DNA of 64,000 nucleotides from Candidatus Dadabacteria bacterium. GTDB lineage: Bacteria; Desulfobacterota_D; UBA1144; Nemesobacterales; Nemesobacteraceae. Of the stretch, positions 1-12,394 are shown piece by piece. How positions within the stretch are numbered: position 1 is the first letter of the stretch; each line of letters begins with the position of its first letter. Under the pieces are notes generated by a model. That model saw only the letters and a program-made list of their open reading frames with translations, ran no database searches and was not told the DNA's origin. Location of the stretch: positions 7,972-71,971 of the forward strand of contig RKRQ01000065.1 in NCBI GenBank assembly GCA_007571325.1, given 5' to 3'. A program made the translations under genes and the position numbers.

Positions 1-3000
1 TCCCAGGAACTCAGGGCAAGCATGAAAGAGACTAAGTCTCCGATTAAAAAAGCCCGTATTGCAAAAAGACTGAGAATATGTGAGGCGTTTCGCAAATCTA
101 AAAACCGTCCCGAATGGATGATTCTTACTACCATTCCTGTTTTACCTCCGGACCTCAGACCTCTTGTTCCTCTTGATGGAGGACGTTTTGCTGCTTCTGA
201 CCTGAACGATCTTTATAGGAGGGTGATTAACAGAAACAACAGGCTGAGAAAACTTCTTGAACTCGGTGCTCCTGACATAATAGTAAGAAATGAAAAGAGA
301 ATGTTGCAGGAGTCCGTTGATGCGCTTCTAGAAAACGGAAGACGGGGAAGGCCCGTTCTGGGGCACAACCATAGGCCTCTTAAGAGTCTGAGCGACATAA
401 TCAAAGGTAAACAAGGGAGGTTCAGGCAGAACCTTCTTGGTAAAAGGGTTGATTACTCTGGTCGTTCAGTAATTACCGTGGGTCCGGATTTGCGTCTTCA
501 CCAGTGTGGAATACCCAAACAAATGGCACTTGAGCTTTTCAGGCCATTTATTTATCAAAAACTTGAAAAATGGGGTGAAGCGGCAACCATAAAAATAGCG
601 AAAAAACTGCTTGATAGTGAAGCTCCTATAGTGTGGGACGCTCTTGACGAAGTGATAAAGGAACATCCGGTACTTCTTAACAGAGCGCCGACTCTTCACC
701 GGCTTAGCATACAGGCTTTTGAACCAGTACTTATTGAAGACAAGGCAATACAGCTCCATCCTCTCGTGTGCCCGGCCTACAATGCGGATTTTGACGGCGA
801 CCAAATGGCTGTTCACGTTCCACTTTCCATTGAGGCACAGACTGAATGTCGCTCGCTTGCTATGTCAACCAACAATATTCTTTCCCCGGCGCATGGAAAG
901 CCAATAATACTTCCGACTCAGGATATAGTTCTCGGGCTTTACTACCTGACCAGGGATTCAGGGGCAGATCAAAATATTGATTCGGGCAATGTTCTTTCAG
1001 TACGCGAGGTGGTCTTTGCTTATGAGTTGGGGAAAATTGGTTTGCATGACAGTGTAACTGTTAGGATTGACAAACAGAATCGCCTTACGACCGTAGGAAG
1101 AGTTTTGATGTACGAGGTGGTTCCCGAAGGTATTTCCTTTGATCTTATCAACAAGCCAATGACAAAAAGAGCTATAGAAGCGCTTGTTGATGAGTGCTTT
1201 AGGAAAACCGGTGGTAAAAGCACTGTTTTGCTTGCTGACAACCTTAGAACTCTTGGATTTAAATATTCCACGAAGTCCGGTGCTTCCATTTCGATCACGG
1301 ACATGATTATTCCCGAGTCGAAAAAAGATCTTCTGGAAGAGGCTAGTGCGGAAGTTCTGAAAGTTCAGAATCAGTATTCACAAGGACTAATAACTGACGG
1401 AGAAAGATACAACAAAGTTATAGATGTCTGGGCGAAAACAAGTGATGAAATTGCTCAGGCGATGATGAGGAAGATTTCTTCTGAGGAGGTTAGTACTGGG
1501 AAAAATACCAGTATTACGGGACCGAGTTCAAACCCTATATATATGATGATTGATTCAGGGGCGAGAGGAAGCCAGACACAGGTAAGACAGCTTGCCGGTA
1601 TGAGAGGGCTTATGGCAAAACCGTCTGGAGAGATTATAGAGACTCCCATCACTTCCAATTTCCGTGAAGGACTTTCGGTTCTCCAGTATTTTATCTCTAC
1701 ACATGGTGCGAGGAAAGGACTTGCGGATACGGCACTTAAAACTGCAAATGCCGGGTATCTAACACGGAAGCTGATTGATGCTGCTCAGGATGTAATGATT
1801 ACTGAACTTGATTGCGGTACTATTGAGGGAATCCAAGTTGGTGATCTGGTTGAAGGCGGAGAGATAATTGATAAAGTGGGAGAAAGGGTACTGGGAAGAG
1901 TAACGCTTGAAGATATAGAAGATCCCAAAACTGGAGAAAGTATTGTTAAGACAAACAATGAAATTGATGAGGCAGCTGTAAAGAAGATAGATGAAGCGGG
2001 CATAAGTGAAGTGAGTATACGCTCGGTTCTTACTTGCGAGACTCGCCACGGCGTTTGTAGGCTCTGCTATGGAAGAAACCTTTCCACAGGAAAACTTGTA
2101 AACATGGGTGAAGCTATAGGAATTGTTGCTGCTCAGTCAATCGGAGAGCCGGGCACTCAGCTTACAATGAGAACTTTTCATATAGGTGGTGCAGCCAGTC
2201 AGAGAGCGGCTGAGAGTACTCTTGAGAGTCAACACGAAGGAATAGTCAGGTTTAAGAACATAAAGGCTGTTAAGGGGCGTGACGACAAACTGGTTGTTAT
2301 AAGCAGAAGCGGCGTACTGTCAATTGAGGATAGCAAAGGATACGAAAGAGAGAAATGTCCCGTTGTTCTTGGAGCTAGATTGAACGTGAAAGAAGGGGAC
2401 AGAGTAAAGAAAGGAAAACTACTTGCGGAATGGGACCCTTACACGACTCCGATAATTTCAGAGGTGTCGGGAATTGTTAGATTCAAAGATCTTGAATCTG
2501 GAGTCACTTACAAAGAGCAGGTAGACGAAGTTACGGGTGTTTTCAAAAGAGTTGTGGTTGAGAACAAAAACTTGGAAATGCATCCTACGCTTGATATTGA
2601 GGTCAGAACCGAGGACCTAGAGTCTCAGGAAAATGACTCTTTGCCTGCGGATGGAAGAGTACCCTATTCCCTTCCCGTAGGTGCAATAATAGAAGTCGGT
2701 GACAGAGATGATATAGAGGCAGGAGATGTGCTCGCAAAGATTCCTAGAGCTACATCAAAAACAAAAGATATCACCGGTGGACTTCCCAGAGTCGCCGAAC
2801 TTTTTGAGGCCAGAATTCCAAAAGACCCCGCGGTTGTGAGTGAAATCGACGGAATTATCTCCTACGGAAAAGATGTGAAAGGGAAAAAGAGAGTTGTAGT
2901 AAAACCGGAAATGGGAGAATCCAAAGAATATACGGTTCCTAGGGGAAAACATATCTTGGTTAGAGAAGGTGAATTTGTGTCTTCAGGCGATCAGCTTGTT

Positions 3001-3558
3001 GACGGTGCGGTTAATCCTCACGACATACTGAATATAATGGGAGAAAAAGCCCTTGCTAACTATATGGTTAATGAAATCCAGGAAGTCTACAGACTCCAAG
3101 GGGTAAAGATTAACGACAAACATATAGAGGTTATAGTCAAGCAGATGCTTAAAAGGGTAAGGATAAAAGACCCAGGCGATACCACTATGCTTGTCGGCGA
3201 AGCCATAGAAAAAAATGTTTTCTTTGAAGAAAATGAAAATATTGTTAAAGAGGGTGGGGAACCAGCAGCAGCAGAGCCTCTTCTTCTGGGCATAACCCGT
3301 GCTTCCCTAAGTACACGCAGCTGGCTTTCTGCCGCATCTTTTCAAGAGACCACCAGGGTCCTCACAGAGGCCTCATGCGAGGGGAGAGAAGATGATCTTA
3401 GAGGGCTGAAGGAAAACGTTATTGTAGGCAGGTTGATTCCAGCTGGTACTGGCCTTCCCATGTACAGGGACATAAGTATAGAGACCGAAGCACCAGAAAT
3501 ACCTGTACCTGTACCGGAAATTGAAGAGAAGATTGAAGACGTGATACTAGAGGACTAA
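1..3558 (+). CDS. rpoC: DNA-directed RNA polymerase subunit beta' (3' portion; gene begins upstream of window)
   Basis: Open frame runs from base 1 with no start. [12 protein letters not shown] catalytic Mg motif. Long beta'-like C-terminal region; 1178 aa visible. Confidence 0.95.
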   Translation, partial: SQELRASMKETKSPIKKARIAKRLRICEAFRKSKNRPEWMILTTIPVLPPDLRPLVPLDGGRFAASDLNDLYRRVINRNNRLRKLLELGAPDIIVRNEKRMLQESVDALLENGRRGRPVLGHNHRPLKSLSDIIKGKQGRFRQNLLGKRVDYSGRSVITVGPDLRLHQCGIPKQMALELFRPFIYQKLEKWGEAATIKIAKKLLDSEAPIVWDALDEVIKEHPVLLNRAPTLHRLSIQAFEPVLIEDKAIQLHPLVCPAYNADFDGDQMAVHVPLSIEAQTECRSLAMSTNNILSPAHGKPIILPTQDIVLGLYYLTRDSGADQNIDSGNVLSVREVVFAYELGKIGLHDSVTVRIDKQNRLTTVGRVLMYEVVPEGISFDLINKPMTKRAIEALVDECFRKTGGKSTVLLADNLRTLGFKYSTKSGASISITDMIIPESKKDLLEEASAEVLKVQNQYSQGLITDGERYNKVIDVWAKTSDEIAQAMMRKISSEEVSTGKNTSITGPSSNPIYMMIDSGARGSQTQVRQLAGMRGLMAKPSGEIIETPITSNFREGLSVLQYFISTHGARKGLADTALKTANAGYLTRKLIDAAQDVMITELDCGTIEGIQVGDLVEGGEIIDKVGERVLGRVTLEDIEDPKTGESIVKTNNEIDEAAVKKIDEAGISEVSIRSVLTCETRHGVCRLCYGRNLSTGKLVNMGEAIGIVAAQSIGEPGTQLTMRTFHIGGAASQRAAESTLESQHEGIVRFKNIKAVKGRDDKLVVISRSGVLSIEDSKGYEREKCPVVLGARLNVKEGDRVKKGKLLAEWDPYTTPIISEVSGIVRFKDLESGVTYKEQVDEVTGVFKRVVVENKNLEMHPTLDIEVRTEDLESQENDSLPADGRVPYSLPVGAIIEVGDRDDIEAGDVLAKIPRATSKTKDITGGLPRVAELFEARIPKDPAVVSEIDGIISYGKDVKGKKRVVVKPEMGESKEYTVPRGKHILVREGEFVSSGDQLVDGAVNPHDILNIMGEKALANYMVNEIQEVYRLQGVKINDKHIEVIVKQMLKRVRIKDPGDTTMLVGEAIEKNVFFEENENIVKEGGEPAAAEPLLLGITRASLSTRSWLSAASFQETTRVLTEASCEGREDDLRGLKENVIVGRLIPAGTGLPMYRDISIETEAPEIPVPVPEIEEKIEDVILED

Positions 3559-3592
3559 TATACGCACTGCGTCTTTTTTCTTTTGATCAGCT

Positions 3593-6280
3593 ATGGAAAA
3601 AAGCTACAACCCTGCGGAGGTTGAGGGAAGGATCTATGACTTCTGGATCTCTTCAGGGCTTTATAAATCCAAAACAAAAGGTTCTACAGAAGTTTTTTCT
3701 ATAGTTATCCCCCCTCCCAATGTAACAGGGTCCTTACATATAGGCCATGCTCTTAACAATACCATTCAGGATATTCTGATCAGGTATAAGAGGATGAAGA
3801 ATTTCGATGTTCTCTGGGTTCCTGGTACAGATCACGCCGGTATTGCTACTCAGATGATGGTAGAAAGAGACCTTCTTGCTTCTGAAGGACTCACAAAAAA
3901 TGATTTAGGAAGGGAGAAGTTTCTTGAGCGTATTTGGCAGTGGAAGGAGAATTCCGGCAATCGCATTACTACACAATTAAAAAGACTTGGAGCTCTCCCT
4001 AACTGGGAAATGGAACGCTTTACCCTTGATGAAGGTCTTTCAGAGTCTGTTAAGAAAGTCTTTGTCGATCTTTACTCCCAAGGGCTTATCTACAAAGATA
4101 AAAGACTGGTTAACTGGGACCCTGAACTCCGTACTGCCATATCGGACCTAGAAGTGGAGCAGAGGGAAACCCAGGGAAACTACTGGTATATCCGATATCC
4201 GATAGAAGGACATGACGATTTGTCAGTTACGGTAGCCACAACGCGTCCTGAAACAATGCTGGGAGATACAGCTGTTGCGGTTCATCCCGATGATTCTAGA
4301 TACGCTGCTTTAGTGGGCAAGAATGTGGTTCTGCCACTTGTAGAGAGGAAGATTCCAGTAATAGCTGATGATTACAGTGACCCGGAAAAAGGTACGGGAG
4401 CAGTCAAAATAACCCCGGGACATGATTTTAACGATTTTGAAGTTGGAAAACGAAACGGTCTTAGTATCGTAAATATTTTGGACGAACGGGGATATGTGAA
4501 AGGTGATGTTCCTGAAAAATATGCAGGCCTTGAGAGATTTGAAGCAAGAAAAGCAATAGTTAAGGACCTTGAAAATGGAGGTTTCCTAGTAAAAGTTGAT
4601 CAAACAGTTCATACCGTTCCTTATGGTCATCGTTCAGGAGCAGTTATAGAGCCTTGGTTGACTACACAGTGGTATGTAGACGCTCAAGCACTTGCTACTC
4701 GGGCTATTTCGTGTGTAGAGAAAAGTGAAATACGTTTCCATCCTGAGTTTTGGGAAAATACTTATTTTGAATGGATGAGAAACATAGAGCCTTGGTGTAT
4801 ATCGAGACAACTGTGGTGGGGTCACCGCATTCCTGCCTGGTATGGGCCTGATGGGGAAATCTTCGTTAGTATGAGTGAAAGTGAGGCGGCAGAGCGTGCG
4901 GAGAAACATTACGGCAAGAAGGTTAACCTTGCTAGGGACCCGGATGTGCTTGATACATGGTTTTCTTCTGGTCTATGGCCTTTTTCCACCCTCGGATGGC
5001 CACAGGACACCAAAGACCTTCGGCATTACTATCCGACGGCGTGTCTGGTTACTGGGTTTGACATTATTTTCTTCTGGGTCGCTAGAATGATCATGATGGG
5101 ACTTAAATTCATGAAAGATGTACCATTCAGGGACGTCTATGTTCATGGACTTATAAGAGATGCGAAGGGTCGGAAGATGAGCAAGACAACGGGCAATGTA
5201 ATTGATCCTATTGATGTGATCGAAAAGTATGGCGCAGACGCACTTCGTTTTTCTCTTGCGGCACTTACAACTCAGGGAAGGGATATAAAACTTACATTTT
5301 CTGTTATTGAAGGATACAGAAACTTTATGAACAAGATATGGAACGCGACCAGGTTTGTGTTCATAAATCTTGAACCGGGACTAATATACAACTCCAATAT
5401 TGACACTTGTTGTCTTAGTGTGTCCGACCGCTGGATTCTTACCAGACAGAATACTATGATAGGAGAAGTCGAAGAGTTTATCGAAAACTATGAATTCGAC
5501 AAAGCTTCACAGGCGATTTATCACTTTATATGGAATGATTACTGTGATTGGTATCTCGAAATATCCAAGTTTTCACTTTATGGAGAATGTAGTGAATCCA
5601 AAAAAACTACTCTTAATGTACTTGTACGAGTTCTCCTCCGTTCTCTGCGGGTACTACATCCTTTTGCGCCTTATATTACAGAAGAAATCTTTAGAATATT
5701 TAAGGAAAGAGGAATCAGCCTTCATGAAAATGAGGGACTTAACTCAAAGAGCATCTTAGATGCACAATATCCTATACAGAGTGAAAATGAGATATTCAAA
5801 GAGGAATCTGAACAGATTGAACTTGTGAAAGATGTCGTGACAGGAATAAGAAATCTAAGGGCCATTATGGGAGTTCATCCCTCGGAGAAAGTGTCTGTCT
5901 ATCTTAATTCTGAAAGCGAGAAATCAGAGGACGTTCTTAGGAGAAACATTAAGATTATTCTAGGTATGGCCTCTCTTAGCGACTGCATAATATGTTGTGA
6001 GGATTTCCAGCGTAAATCAGTTACAGAGATCGTCTCTGGGGTGGAAATAGTTATGCCGGTTGAGAATCTGCTTAATATTGAGAAAGAGACTTCCAGATTG
6101 AACAAAGACTTGACAAAAGTTTTAGAGGACCTCAAAAGGACTGAGAGCAAACTTGCAAATAGCGACTTTATCGAACACGCTCCAAGTGATGTTGTAGAGA
6201 AGGAAAAGGGAAAGCTGACTGAGTTTCAAAACCATAGAAAAAAGCTTGAGGAGATTCTTGGAAAGCTTTCTTCTGTATAG
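3593..6280 (+). CDS. valS: Valyl-tRNA synthetase
   Basis: N-terminus MEKSYNP matches ValRS. HIGH motif (PPPNVTGSLHIGHAL) and KMSKS motif (KMSKTTGN). 895 aa with C-terminal coiled-coil tail. Confidence 0.93.
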   Translation: MEKSYNPAEVEGRIYDFWISSGLYKSKTKGSTEVFSIVIPPPNVTGSLHIGHALNNTIQDILIRYKRMKNFDVLWVPGTDHAGIATQMMVERDLLASEGLTKNDLGREKFLERIWQWKENSGNRITTQLKRLGALPNWEMERFTLDEGLSESVKKVFVDLYSQGLIYKDKRLVNWDPELRTAISDLEVEQRETQGNYWYIRYPIEGHDDLSVTVATTRPETMLGDTAVAVHPDDSRYAALVGKNVVLPLVERKIPVIADDYSDPEKGTGAVKITPGHDFNDFEVGKRNGLSIVNILDERGYVKGDVPEKYAGLERFEARKAIVKDLENGGFLVKVDQTVHTVPYGHRSGAVIEPWLTTQWYVDAQALATRAISCVEKSEIRFHPEFWENTYFEWMRNIEPWCISRQLWWGHRIPAWYGPDGEIFVSMSESEAAERAEKHYGKKVNLARDPDVLDTWFSSGLWPFSTLGWPQDTKDLRHYYPTACLVTGFDIIFFWVARMIMMGLKFMKDVPFRDVYVHGLIRDAKGRKMSKTTGNVIDPIDVIEKYGADALRFSLAALTTQGRDIKLTFSVIEGYRNFMNKIWNATRFVFINLEPGLIYNSNIDTCCLSVSDRWILTRQNTMIGEVEEFIENYEFDKASQAIYHFIWNDYCDWYLEISKFSLYGECSESKKTTLNVLVRVLLRSLRVLHPFAPYITEEIFRIFKERGISLHENEGLNSKSILDAQYPIQSENEIFKEESEQIELVKDVVTGIRNLRAIMGVHPSEKVSVYLNSESEKSEDVLRRNIKIILGMASLSDCIICCEDFQRKSVTEIVSGVEIVMPVENLLNIEKETSRLNKDLTKVLEDLKRTESKLANSDFIEHAPSDVVEKEKGKLTEFQNHRKKLEEILGKLSSV

Positions 6281-6281
6281 T

Positions 6282-6310
6282 GCTTTATACCTTTAATAAC
6301 AGTATAAAGC
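6282..6310. terminator. Perfect 9-bp inverted repeat (gctttatac-N11-gtataaagc) between convergent valS and purF; putative bidirectional terminator hairpin, no clear U-tract
   Basis: Inverted repeat read directly from the sequence. It sits in the 31-nt convergent intergenic gap. Confidence 0.3.
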
Positions 6311-6311
6311 G

Positions 6312-7724
6312 CTAAAAAAGCTCCATCTGTTGATGTGATGCTTTTTCGCCTGTTATTTCCACCGGATAATTACCGTCAAAACACGCAAAACAGTAATTCG
6401 CCCCTTTTTTAAGGGATTTATTGTAATTAGTAACTGCTTTTGTTATTCCTTCTTGACTGAGATACCCCAGAGTATCGGAGGTTATATAATCTTTAATTTT
6501 TTCCACTTCAAGCGAATGAGCTATGAGTTCTGATGTTACAGGAGTGTCTATGCCGTAATAGCATGAGAATTTCATTGGAGGAGAACTTATTCTCATATGA
6601 ACTTCCTTCGCTCCCGCATCACGTATCATCTTGACAATCTTTCTACTGGTTGTTCCTCTTACTATGGAATCATCAACTACAACTACTCTTCTTCCATTTA
6701 CAACCTCTTTTATAACACTGAGCTTAAGCTTTACCCCAAAGTTTCTTATTGACTGTTGAGGTTGAATAAACGTTCTTCCTATATAGTGACTTCGAAGAAA
6801 TCCCGTTTCAAAAGTCAGTCCAAGTTGCTCGGCGTACCCCATGGCTGCCGGTGTTCCCGAATCGGGTACCGCAACCACGATGTCTGCATCTGCCGGAGAT
6901 TCAATTGCGAGTTGCTTACCCATATTTTTTCTCATCTGGTAGATATTTTTCCCCTGGAGAAATGAATCGGGTCTTGAAAAATATATATTTTCAAATATGC
7001 AGTATTTGTGTTGTTTTTTCGGAAGTGGGTCAAATGATCTTATTCCGTTCTCATTTATGAACAGTATTTCCCCAGGTTCTATCTCTCTTATGTAGTTAGC
7101 TCCTATAAGTTCAAAAGCACATGTCTCTGAAGCTAGAACATAGGAATTGTCAATCTTTCCTAAGACAAGAGGTCTAAATCCATGGGGGTCACGAGCAGCT
7201 ACCAGTCCTATGGGAGTGAGAAATAGAAGAGAGTATGCCCCCCTACATTCGGTAAGTGCTTCTATTATCCTTCCGAGGAAAGTCTTTTCCTTTGATCTTG
7301 CTATCAGATGTACAATTACCTCGGTATCAGTTGTTGATTGGAATATAGAACCTCCCTTTTCAAGTTTATATTTTAGTATTCTTGCGTTTGTGAGATTTCC
7401 GTTGTGCCCAACTGCGAGTTCTCCTTTTTCGTAATTCATTATCAGAGGCTGGGTATTTTTATTATTACTTGAGCCTGTTGTGGAATATCTTACATGACCA
7501 ATTGCTGTATTACCCCGCAACTTTGATATTGATTCTTCATCGAAAACTTCGGTTACAAGCCCCATTTCACGGTGGGAATAGAGCTTCTCACCGTCGGTTG
7601 ACACTATGCCAGCGCTTTCCTGTCCTCTGTGCTGAAGAGAATAGAGGCCAAGATAGGTAAAGTTTGCGGCAGCGGGGTGATCATATATTCCAAAGACTCC
7701 ACACTCTTCGCGTAGTTTCGCCAT
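6312..7724 (-). CDS. purF: Amidophosphoribosyltransferase (glutamine PRPP amidotransferase), Fe-S type
   Basis: Short propeptide then CGVFGI N-terminal nucleophile. PRTase motif VVVVDDSIVRGTT. C-terminal Cys cluster CFACFDG. The ORF track extends to 7772; the likely start is ATG at 7722-7724 (MAKLREEC GVFGI). Confidence 0.9.
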   Translation of the reverse strand: MAKLREECGVFGIYDHPAAANFTYLGLYSLQHRGQESAGIVSTDGEKLYSHREMGLVTEVFDEESISKLRGNTAIGHVRYSTTGSSNNKNTQPLIMNYEKGELAVGHNGNLTNARILKYKLEKGGSIFQSTTDTEVIVHLIARSKEKTFLGRIIEALTECRGAYSLLFLTPIGLVAARDPHGFRPLVLGKIDNSYVLASETCAFELIGANYIREIEPGEILFINENGIRSFDPLPKKQHKYCIFENIYFSRPDSFLQGKNIYQMRKNMGKQLAIESPADADIVVAVPDSGTPAAMGYAEQLGLTFETGFLRSHYIGRTFIQPQQSIRNFGVKLKLSVIKEVVNGRRVVVVDDSIVRGTTSRKIVKMIRDAGAKEVHMRISSPPMKFSCYYGIDTPVTSELIAHSLEVEKIKDYITSDTLGYLSQEGITKAVTNYNKSLKKGANYCFACFDGNYPVEITGEKASHQQMELF

Positions 7725-7726
7725 TT

Positions 7727-9961
7727 TTAGCCTTCTGTTAGTGAAAGACTTTTCTGAAAGCCCCCGTACCATGCGTCATGAACTGCTGAGATTTTCATGT
7801 CAATCAAATCTTTAACACAGAACCTGTCATCATTAACGACTACTCCGGCACACATAACAGGAACACTGTAATTGTCTGCAATCTCTTTTATTTTTTCCCA
7901 GTTGTTTTTGTTTATACTTGCTATTACCCTAGATTGTGTTTCGGAGAAAAGGAACAGGTCGCTTCTAAGAGAGTTTTCATTTATATCAGGTGTTTCTACT
8001 AAGGCTCCCACTATGCCACTCGGATTAAAGCAACATTCCGCGAGAGCCACAGCAAAGCCGCCCTCAGATATGTCGTGTGCGGACTTAATTATACTTTGAG
8101 AAGCACAGGCAATCAACATTTCTGCAAGTCTTTTCTCCTTGTTAAGGTCAATTAAAGGGGGTATTCCATCAATCAACTCGTGTTCAATTTTGAGGTATTC
8201 GCTTCCTCCTACCTCTTCTTCTATTGCTCCTCCCAACAGAATTACAAGGTCTCCAGGGTCTTGAAACCACGAAGTGACGATTTTATCTGTATAGTCTATA
8301 AGACCTACCATTGCCACAGTAGGGGTAGGAAATATTGCGGTAGCTTCAGTTTCATTGTAAAGACTGACGTTGCCACTTACGACCGGTGTATTAAATATTT
8401 TTGCTGCTTCCGACATACCTTCAATGCATTCAATAAACTGCCACATTATTTCAGGGTTTTCAGGGTTTCCGAAGTTAAGACAGTCGGTTATTGCAATGGG
8501 AGAGGCACCAGAGCAAGCTAAATTTCTGACACTTTCTGCAACAGCTATTTTACTTCCTTCACGGGGATTTAAATAACAATATCTAGAATTCACATTAGAT
8601 GTCATCGCGATTCCTTTGTTCATTCCCTTCAGTCTTATTATTGCACAATCTGCTCCTGGTCCCAGAACGGTATCGGTTCTTACCATGTAGTCGTACTGTT
8701 CGTAAACCCATCTCTTGCTTGCAACAGTCGGAGAAGACATAATCTCAAGAAAAACTCTTTTGATATCTGTGGGTTCGGGTAGGTCTTCTTGGTTAAGCCT
8801 CTTTATTTTTTTTAGGTACTCGGGTTTTTTAGCTGGTCTGTCATAAGCTGGCGCACCCGAGGTTATAAGATTTACGGGCAGGTCTGCGACTTTTTCTTGT
8901 CCTTCCAAAACCGTTAGTTTGCCCGAGCTAGTCACTTTTCCGATAATTGAGAAATCAAGACCCCACTTACTGAAAATATCCTGAGCTGTACTTTCCTTGC
9001 CCTCTTCCAGCACTACAAGCATTCTTTCCTGCGATTCAGAAAGTAGAATTTCATAGGGGGTCATATTTTCTTCTCGCCTAGGAACTTTGTCGATTTCAAT
9101 TTCAAGTCCAGTTCCTGCACGATCAGCCATTTCTGTTGAAGAAGATGTAAGCCCCGCAGCTCCCATATCCTGTATACCAACAACGCAATCTGTTTTAAAA
9201 AGTTCTAGACAGGCTTCAAGAAGAAGCTTTTCCGTGAAAGGATCTCCTACCTGCACTGCGGGCCTTTTTTCTTCAGTTCCCTCAGTAAAAGTGTCTGAAG
9301 CCATTATTGCTCCCTGTATTCCGTCTCTTCCGGTTTTTGATCCGACATACATAACGGGATTTCCTTTGCCTGACGCATATCCACGAAAAACACTATCTGT
9401 TTTTGTTACCCCTAGAGCAAAGGCGTTTACAAGAGGATTTCCATTATAGCAGTCGTCAAAATATATCTCTCCTCCTATTGTGGGAATCCCCATGCAATTT
9501 CCATAACCCGCTATCCCCGATACAACTCCCTCGACGAGGAATTTTGTTTTTTGGAGGTGTGAATTTCCGAACCTAAGAGAGTTTAAAAGTGCCACGGGCC
9601 TTGCTCCCATTGTAAATATATCTCGAAGTATCCCCCCGACCCCTGTAGCGGCACCCTGATATGGTTCTATAAAAGACGGATGATTGTGACTCTCCATTTT
9701 AAAAATAACGCAGTACCCATCTCCTATGTCTACTACTCCGGCGTTTTCTCCCGGACCTTGTATTATATGTTTTCCAGTGGTGGGAAATTTTTTTAAGTGT
9801 ACCTTGGAGCTTTTATAGGAGCAGTGTTCAGACCACATCGCTCCCAGAATACCGATTTCGGTAGAATTTGGTTCCCTGGCCAGAGTTTCTAATATTTTCT
9901 GGTATTCATTCTCAGTGAGACCGTGATCTATAGCGAATTGGAGAGGTGATTTGTTCTTCAT
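7727..9961 (-). CDS. purL: Phosphoribosylformylglycinamidine synthase subunit II
   Basis: 744 aa. Two PurM-like AIRS domains. N-terminus typical of small-type PurL (EYQKILETL...[16 protein letters not shown]). Confidence 0.9.
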   Translation of the reverse strand: MKNKSPLQFAIDHGLTENEYQKILETLAREPNSTEIGILGAMWSEHCSYKSSKVHLKKFPTTGKHIIQGPGENAGVVDIGDGYCVIFKMESHNHPSFIEPYQGAATGVGGILRDIFTMGARPVALLNSLRFGNSHLQKTKFLVEGVVSGIAGYGNCMGIPTIGGEIYFDDCYNGNPLVNAFALGVTKTDSVFRGYASGKGNPVMYVGSKTGRDGIQGAIMASDTFTEGTEEKRPAVQVGDPFTEKLLLEACLELFKTDCVVGIQDMGAAGLTSSSTEMADRAGTGLEIEIDKVPRREENMTPYEILLSESQERMLVVLEEGKESTAQDIFSKWGLDFSIIGKVTSSGKLTVLEGQEKVADLPVNLITSGAPAYDRPAKKPEYLKKIKRLNQEDLPEPTDIKRVFLEIMSSPTVASKRWVYEQYDYMVRTDTVLGPGADCAIIRLKGMNKGIAMTSNVNSRYCYLNPREGSKIAVAESVRNLACSGASPIAITDCLNFGNPENPEIMWQFIECIEGMSEAAKIFNTPVVSGNVSLYNETEATAIFPTPTVAMVGLIDYTDKIVTSWFQDPGDLVILLGGAIEEEVGGSEYLKIEHELIDGIPPLIDLNKEKRLAEMLIACASQSIIKSAHDISEGGFAVALAECCFNPSGIVGALVETPDINENSLRSDLFLFSETQSRVIASINKNNWEKIKEIADNYSVPVMCAGVVVNDDRFCVKDLIDMKISAVHDAWYGGFQKSLSLTEG

Positions 9962-11634
9962 TTATCCTTTGGAGGTTGGATGAATTTTGTGGTTTTCGGT
10001 ATATCTATACCTCTAAAAAGATATCTTTTTATTTTTCTTGTAGTGGTTTTTGGTAATTCTTCTCTAGACACCGCGAAATGACTGATTCTTTTGTAGGGCT
10101 CAAGCCTACTGTTAAGCTTGTGTATTTCGTTTTTAAGAAGATGCCAGATTTTCTCATCGTCTCTGTTCTGAGTAGAGTAGTCGGCTTTTTTTAAATCTGC
10201 TTCCATCTCTGGATATATAATGGCCTGTATCTTTTCATCGTCCGGGCTGAATACAATTGCTTCTCCTACTGTTTCAAGCAGAGTGAGCTTTTCCTCAATT
10301 TCTTCTGGAGAGATGTTCTTTCCCCCTTTAGTTACGATAATGGATTTTTTTCTTCCCGTTATGTAAAGGTAGCCGTCATCATCAAAATAACCTAAATCGC
10401 CTGTGTTGAGCCAGTTGTCATCTGAGAGAATTTCTCTTGTCGCACTGGGGTTTTTATAGTAACCGTTCATTACGCTTGGACCCCTTACGCATATTTCTCC
10501 GATTCCTTCGGTGTTTGCATCTCTTATCTCAACCTCACTGTTTTCAAACACCATTCCGCCGCTTGTGTTTTTCGGTTTAAAAAATGGGTTTGCGGATATA
10601 ACTGCGGATGTTTCACTCATTCCATACCCCTGAAGCAAAGGAAATTGATATTTTTCAAGCCCTTTGGCAACCGTTTCTGAAAGGGCAGCTCCGCCACTTA
10701 CGATAAATTTGAGACGGTCAAGCCCCAAGCGTTTCTTTGCCATTTTTCCGAAGAACCTCAAAGGCAGAGATCTTGTCAGAAAATTCTTCTTTTTAGCCCG
10801 TTCAATTCTCTGAAGCAGTTTCTCAAGTATTAGAGGGGTGTTAATCCACACTGAAGGTCTTGCGGCTTTAAGGTCAGAAAGCATTTCTCTTGGCTTTATG
10901 CTTCTTGCGAAAAAAACCTCCTGTCCACAGTAAAAAGACAGTAGTATTCCAACAATTCTTTCATATACATGATGAATGGGCAGTATTGAAAAAGCCACGT
11001 CTTTTTCTGTTATGGGAAAAACACTGTACACTGCCTCCAAGTTAGACATTATGCTTGAGTGGGAGAGCATCACACCTTTAGGATTACCAGTGGTCCCAGA
11101 AGTGAAAACTATATCAGCGATGTCTTGGGGTTCTGATTTTTCCATGGGTACGGTTTCAGTGTCTTCCGGGATTTTAAGGATTTTATCCATGGGTATCAAA
11201 CACTCAACCCTCGCAGTGTTTTTCAGAATATCCGCGAAACTGCTTGAAGCTATAAGAAATCTTGAGTCTGAAAGACCGAGCACTTGTATTATGTGTTCTC
11301 TTGTTGCTCTTGAGTCAAGGGGGACTGCTATGGCTCCTGCCCAGATTGTTGCAAAGTATGAGATCATCCACAGGGGGCTGTTTTCCCCTACAATGGCTAC
11401 ATGTTCTCCCTTCCTAACGCCAAGAGTCTTTAGATGGGCTGAGAATTTGCCGGAGAGCATGAAAACTTTTCTGAAAGTAAAGTGGCTTACGGACAGGTCT
11501 TTTTTTCTTATGGAATATGCGATCTTATCTGAGTAAAGAGAAGATTTTTTCTCCACCATTTCCTGTATCGTGGCTATCTTATCTGTGCTTCTTATCGTCG
11601 GAAGTCTTTTTTCTGTACGGCTGAGCCTTTTCAT
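9958..11634 (-). CDS. Long-chain-fatty-acid--CoA ligase (AMP-binding ANL superfamily)
   Basis: AMP-binding signature [12 protein letters not shown]. 558 aa. Stop overlaps the purL start (ATGA). Confidence 0.8.
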   Translation of the reverse strand: MKRLSRTEKRLPTIRSTDKIATIQEMVEKKSSLYSDKIAYSIRKKDLSVSHFTFRKVFMLSGKFSAHLKTLGVRKGEHVAIVGENSPLWMISYFATIWAGAIAVPLDSRATREHIIQVLGLSDSRFLIASSSFADILKNTARVECLIPMDKILKIPEDTETVPMEKSEPQDIADIVFTSGTTGNPKGVMLSHSSIMSNLEAVYSVFPITEKDVAFSILPIHHVYERIVGILLSFYCGQEVFFARSIKPREMLSDLKAARPSVWINTPLILEKLLQRIERAKKKNFLTRSLPLRFFGKMAKKRLGLDRLKFIVSGGAALSETVAKGLEKYQFPLLQGYGMSETSAVISANPFFKPKNTSGGMVFENSEVEIRDANTEGIGEICVRGPSVMNGYYKNPSATREILSDDNWLNTGDLGYFDDDGYLYITGRKKSIIVTKGGKNISPEEIEEKLTLLETVGEAIVFSPDDEKIQAIIYPEMEADLKKADYSTQNRDDEKIWHLLKNEIHKLNSRLEPYKRISHFAVSREELPKTTTRKIKRYLFRGIDIPKTTKFIQPPKDK

Positions 11635-11648
11635 TCAAACAGCGTTTT

Positions 11649-12377
11649 TTAGATTATCTGCTTCAGATCTTTTAGGTTATCTATGGTGAATCTTGGTTCT
11701 ACATGGGTGGACTGGTTTTCTCGCTTGACCCATATGGAATCAATTCCGCAATTGTAAGCCCCCATTATATCCGCCTCTGGATTATCCCCTATAAAAACAA
11801 CGTCTGATGGACTCTCGCCAAGTTTCTCAAGAGCAGATTTAAATATTTTCCTGTGAGGCTTTCTCCAGCCCACTTCTTCTGAAATAATTATGTGTTCAAA
11901 AAAATTCTTTACCCCAAATTTTTCAAGCAGTTTTCGTGCTGTGAAGGCGTGATCAAAGTTTGAGACAATCGAGAGTCTGTAACCCTTTTCCTTAAGGTAG
12001 AAAAGTATTTCCGTGTGATACTCGGGATATACCATGGCTCCACAGAGGCTTTGCATATGTGAGTGTACGAATTTATCAATCAATTTTTCATCTTTCTTTA
12101 AGCCTGTTTTCTCTAGGAATATCTCGAATCTTTTCCTGTTCGGATATTCTTTTAAATCTTTTTTTCTCAATTCCAAGAGCTTTCTGTGGCTTTCAACAAA
12201 AGGTGGGTAAAAATCTTTAAATTCCATCTCACCGAGGCTGTTTTTCATCTGTATGAAAACGTGTTGCGCGGTGGAATTCCAGGTTTCTCCATTAAGCGTT
12301 ACCTTTGGTAGAAGGGATGGTTTGAAAATGACAAGTGTGTCAAAAAGATCAAAAAGAACGGCCGAATATTTTTTCAT
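11649..12377 (-). CDS. HAD-superfamily hydrolase
   Basis: DxD motif FDLFDTLV at the N-terminus. Motif IV FIGDNPEADIMGA. Confidence 0.7.
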   Translation of the reverse strand: MKKYSAVLFDLFDTLVIFKPSLLPKVTLNGETWNSTAQHVFIQMKNSLGEMEFKDFYPPFVESHRKLLELRKKDLKEYPNRKRFEIFLEKTGLKKDEKLIDKFVHSHMQSLCGAMVYPEYHTEILFYLKEKGYRLSIVSNFDHAFTARKLLEKFGVKNFFEHIIISEEVGWRKPHRKIFKSALEKLGESPSDVVFIGDNPEADIMGAYNCGIDSIWVKRENQSTHVEPRFTIDNLKDLKQII

Positions 12378-12394
12378 AAGGTTTTATATGAGGA

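Noticed and set aside
10976-11536. 186-aa ORF on the + strand, with similar antisense ORFs at 12610-13083, 8180-8521, 9087-9449 and 19315-20140
   Set aside because: They lie entirely inside, and antisense to, long well-supported genes (acyl-CoA ligase, M20 peptidase, purL, lpdA). They have no ribosome-binding sites and low-complexity translations, so they are spurious frame artefacts.
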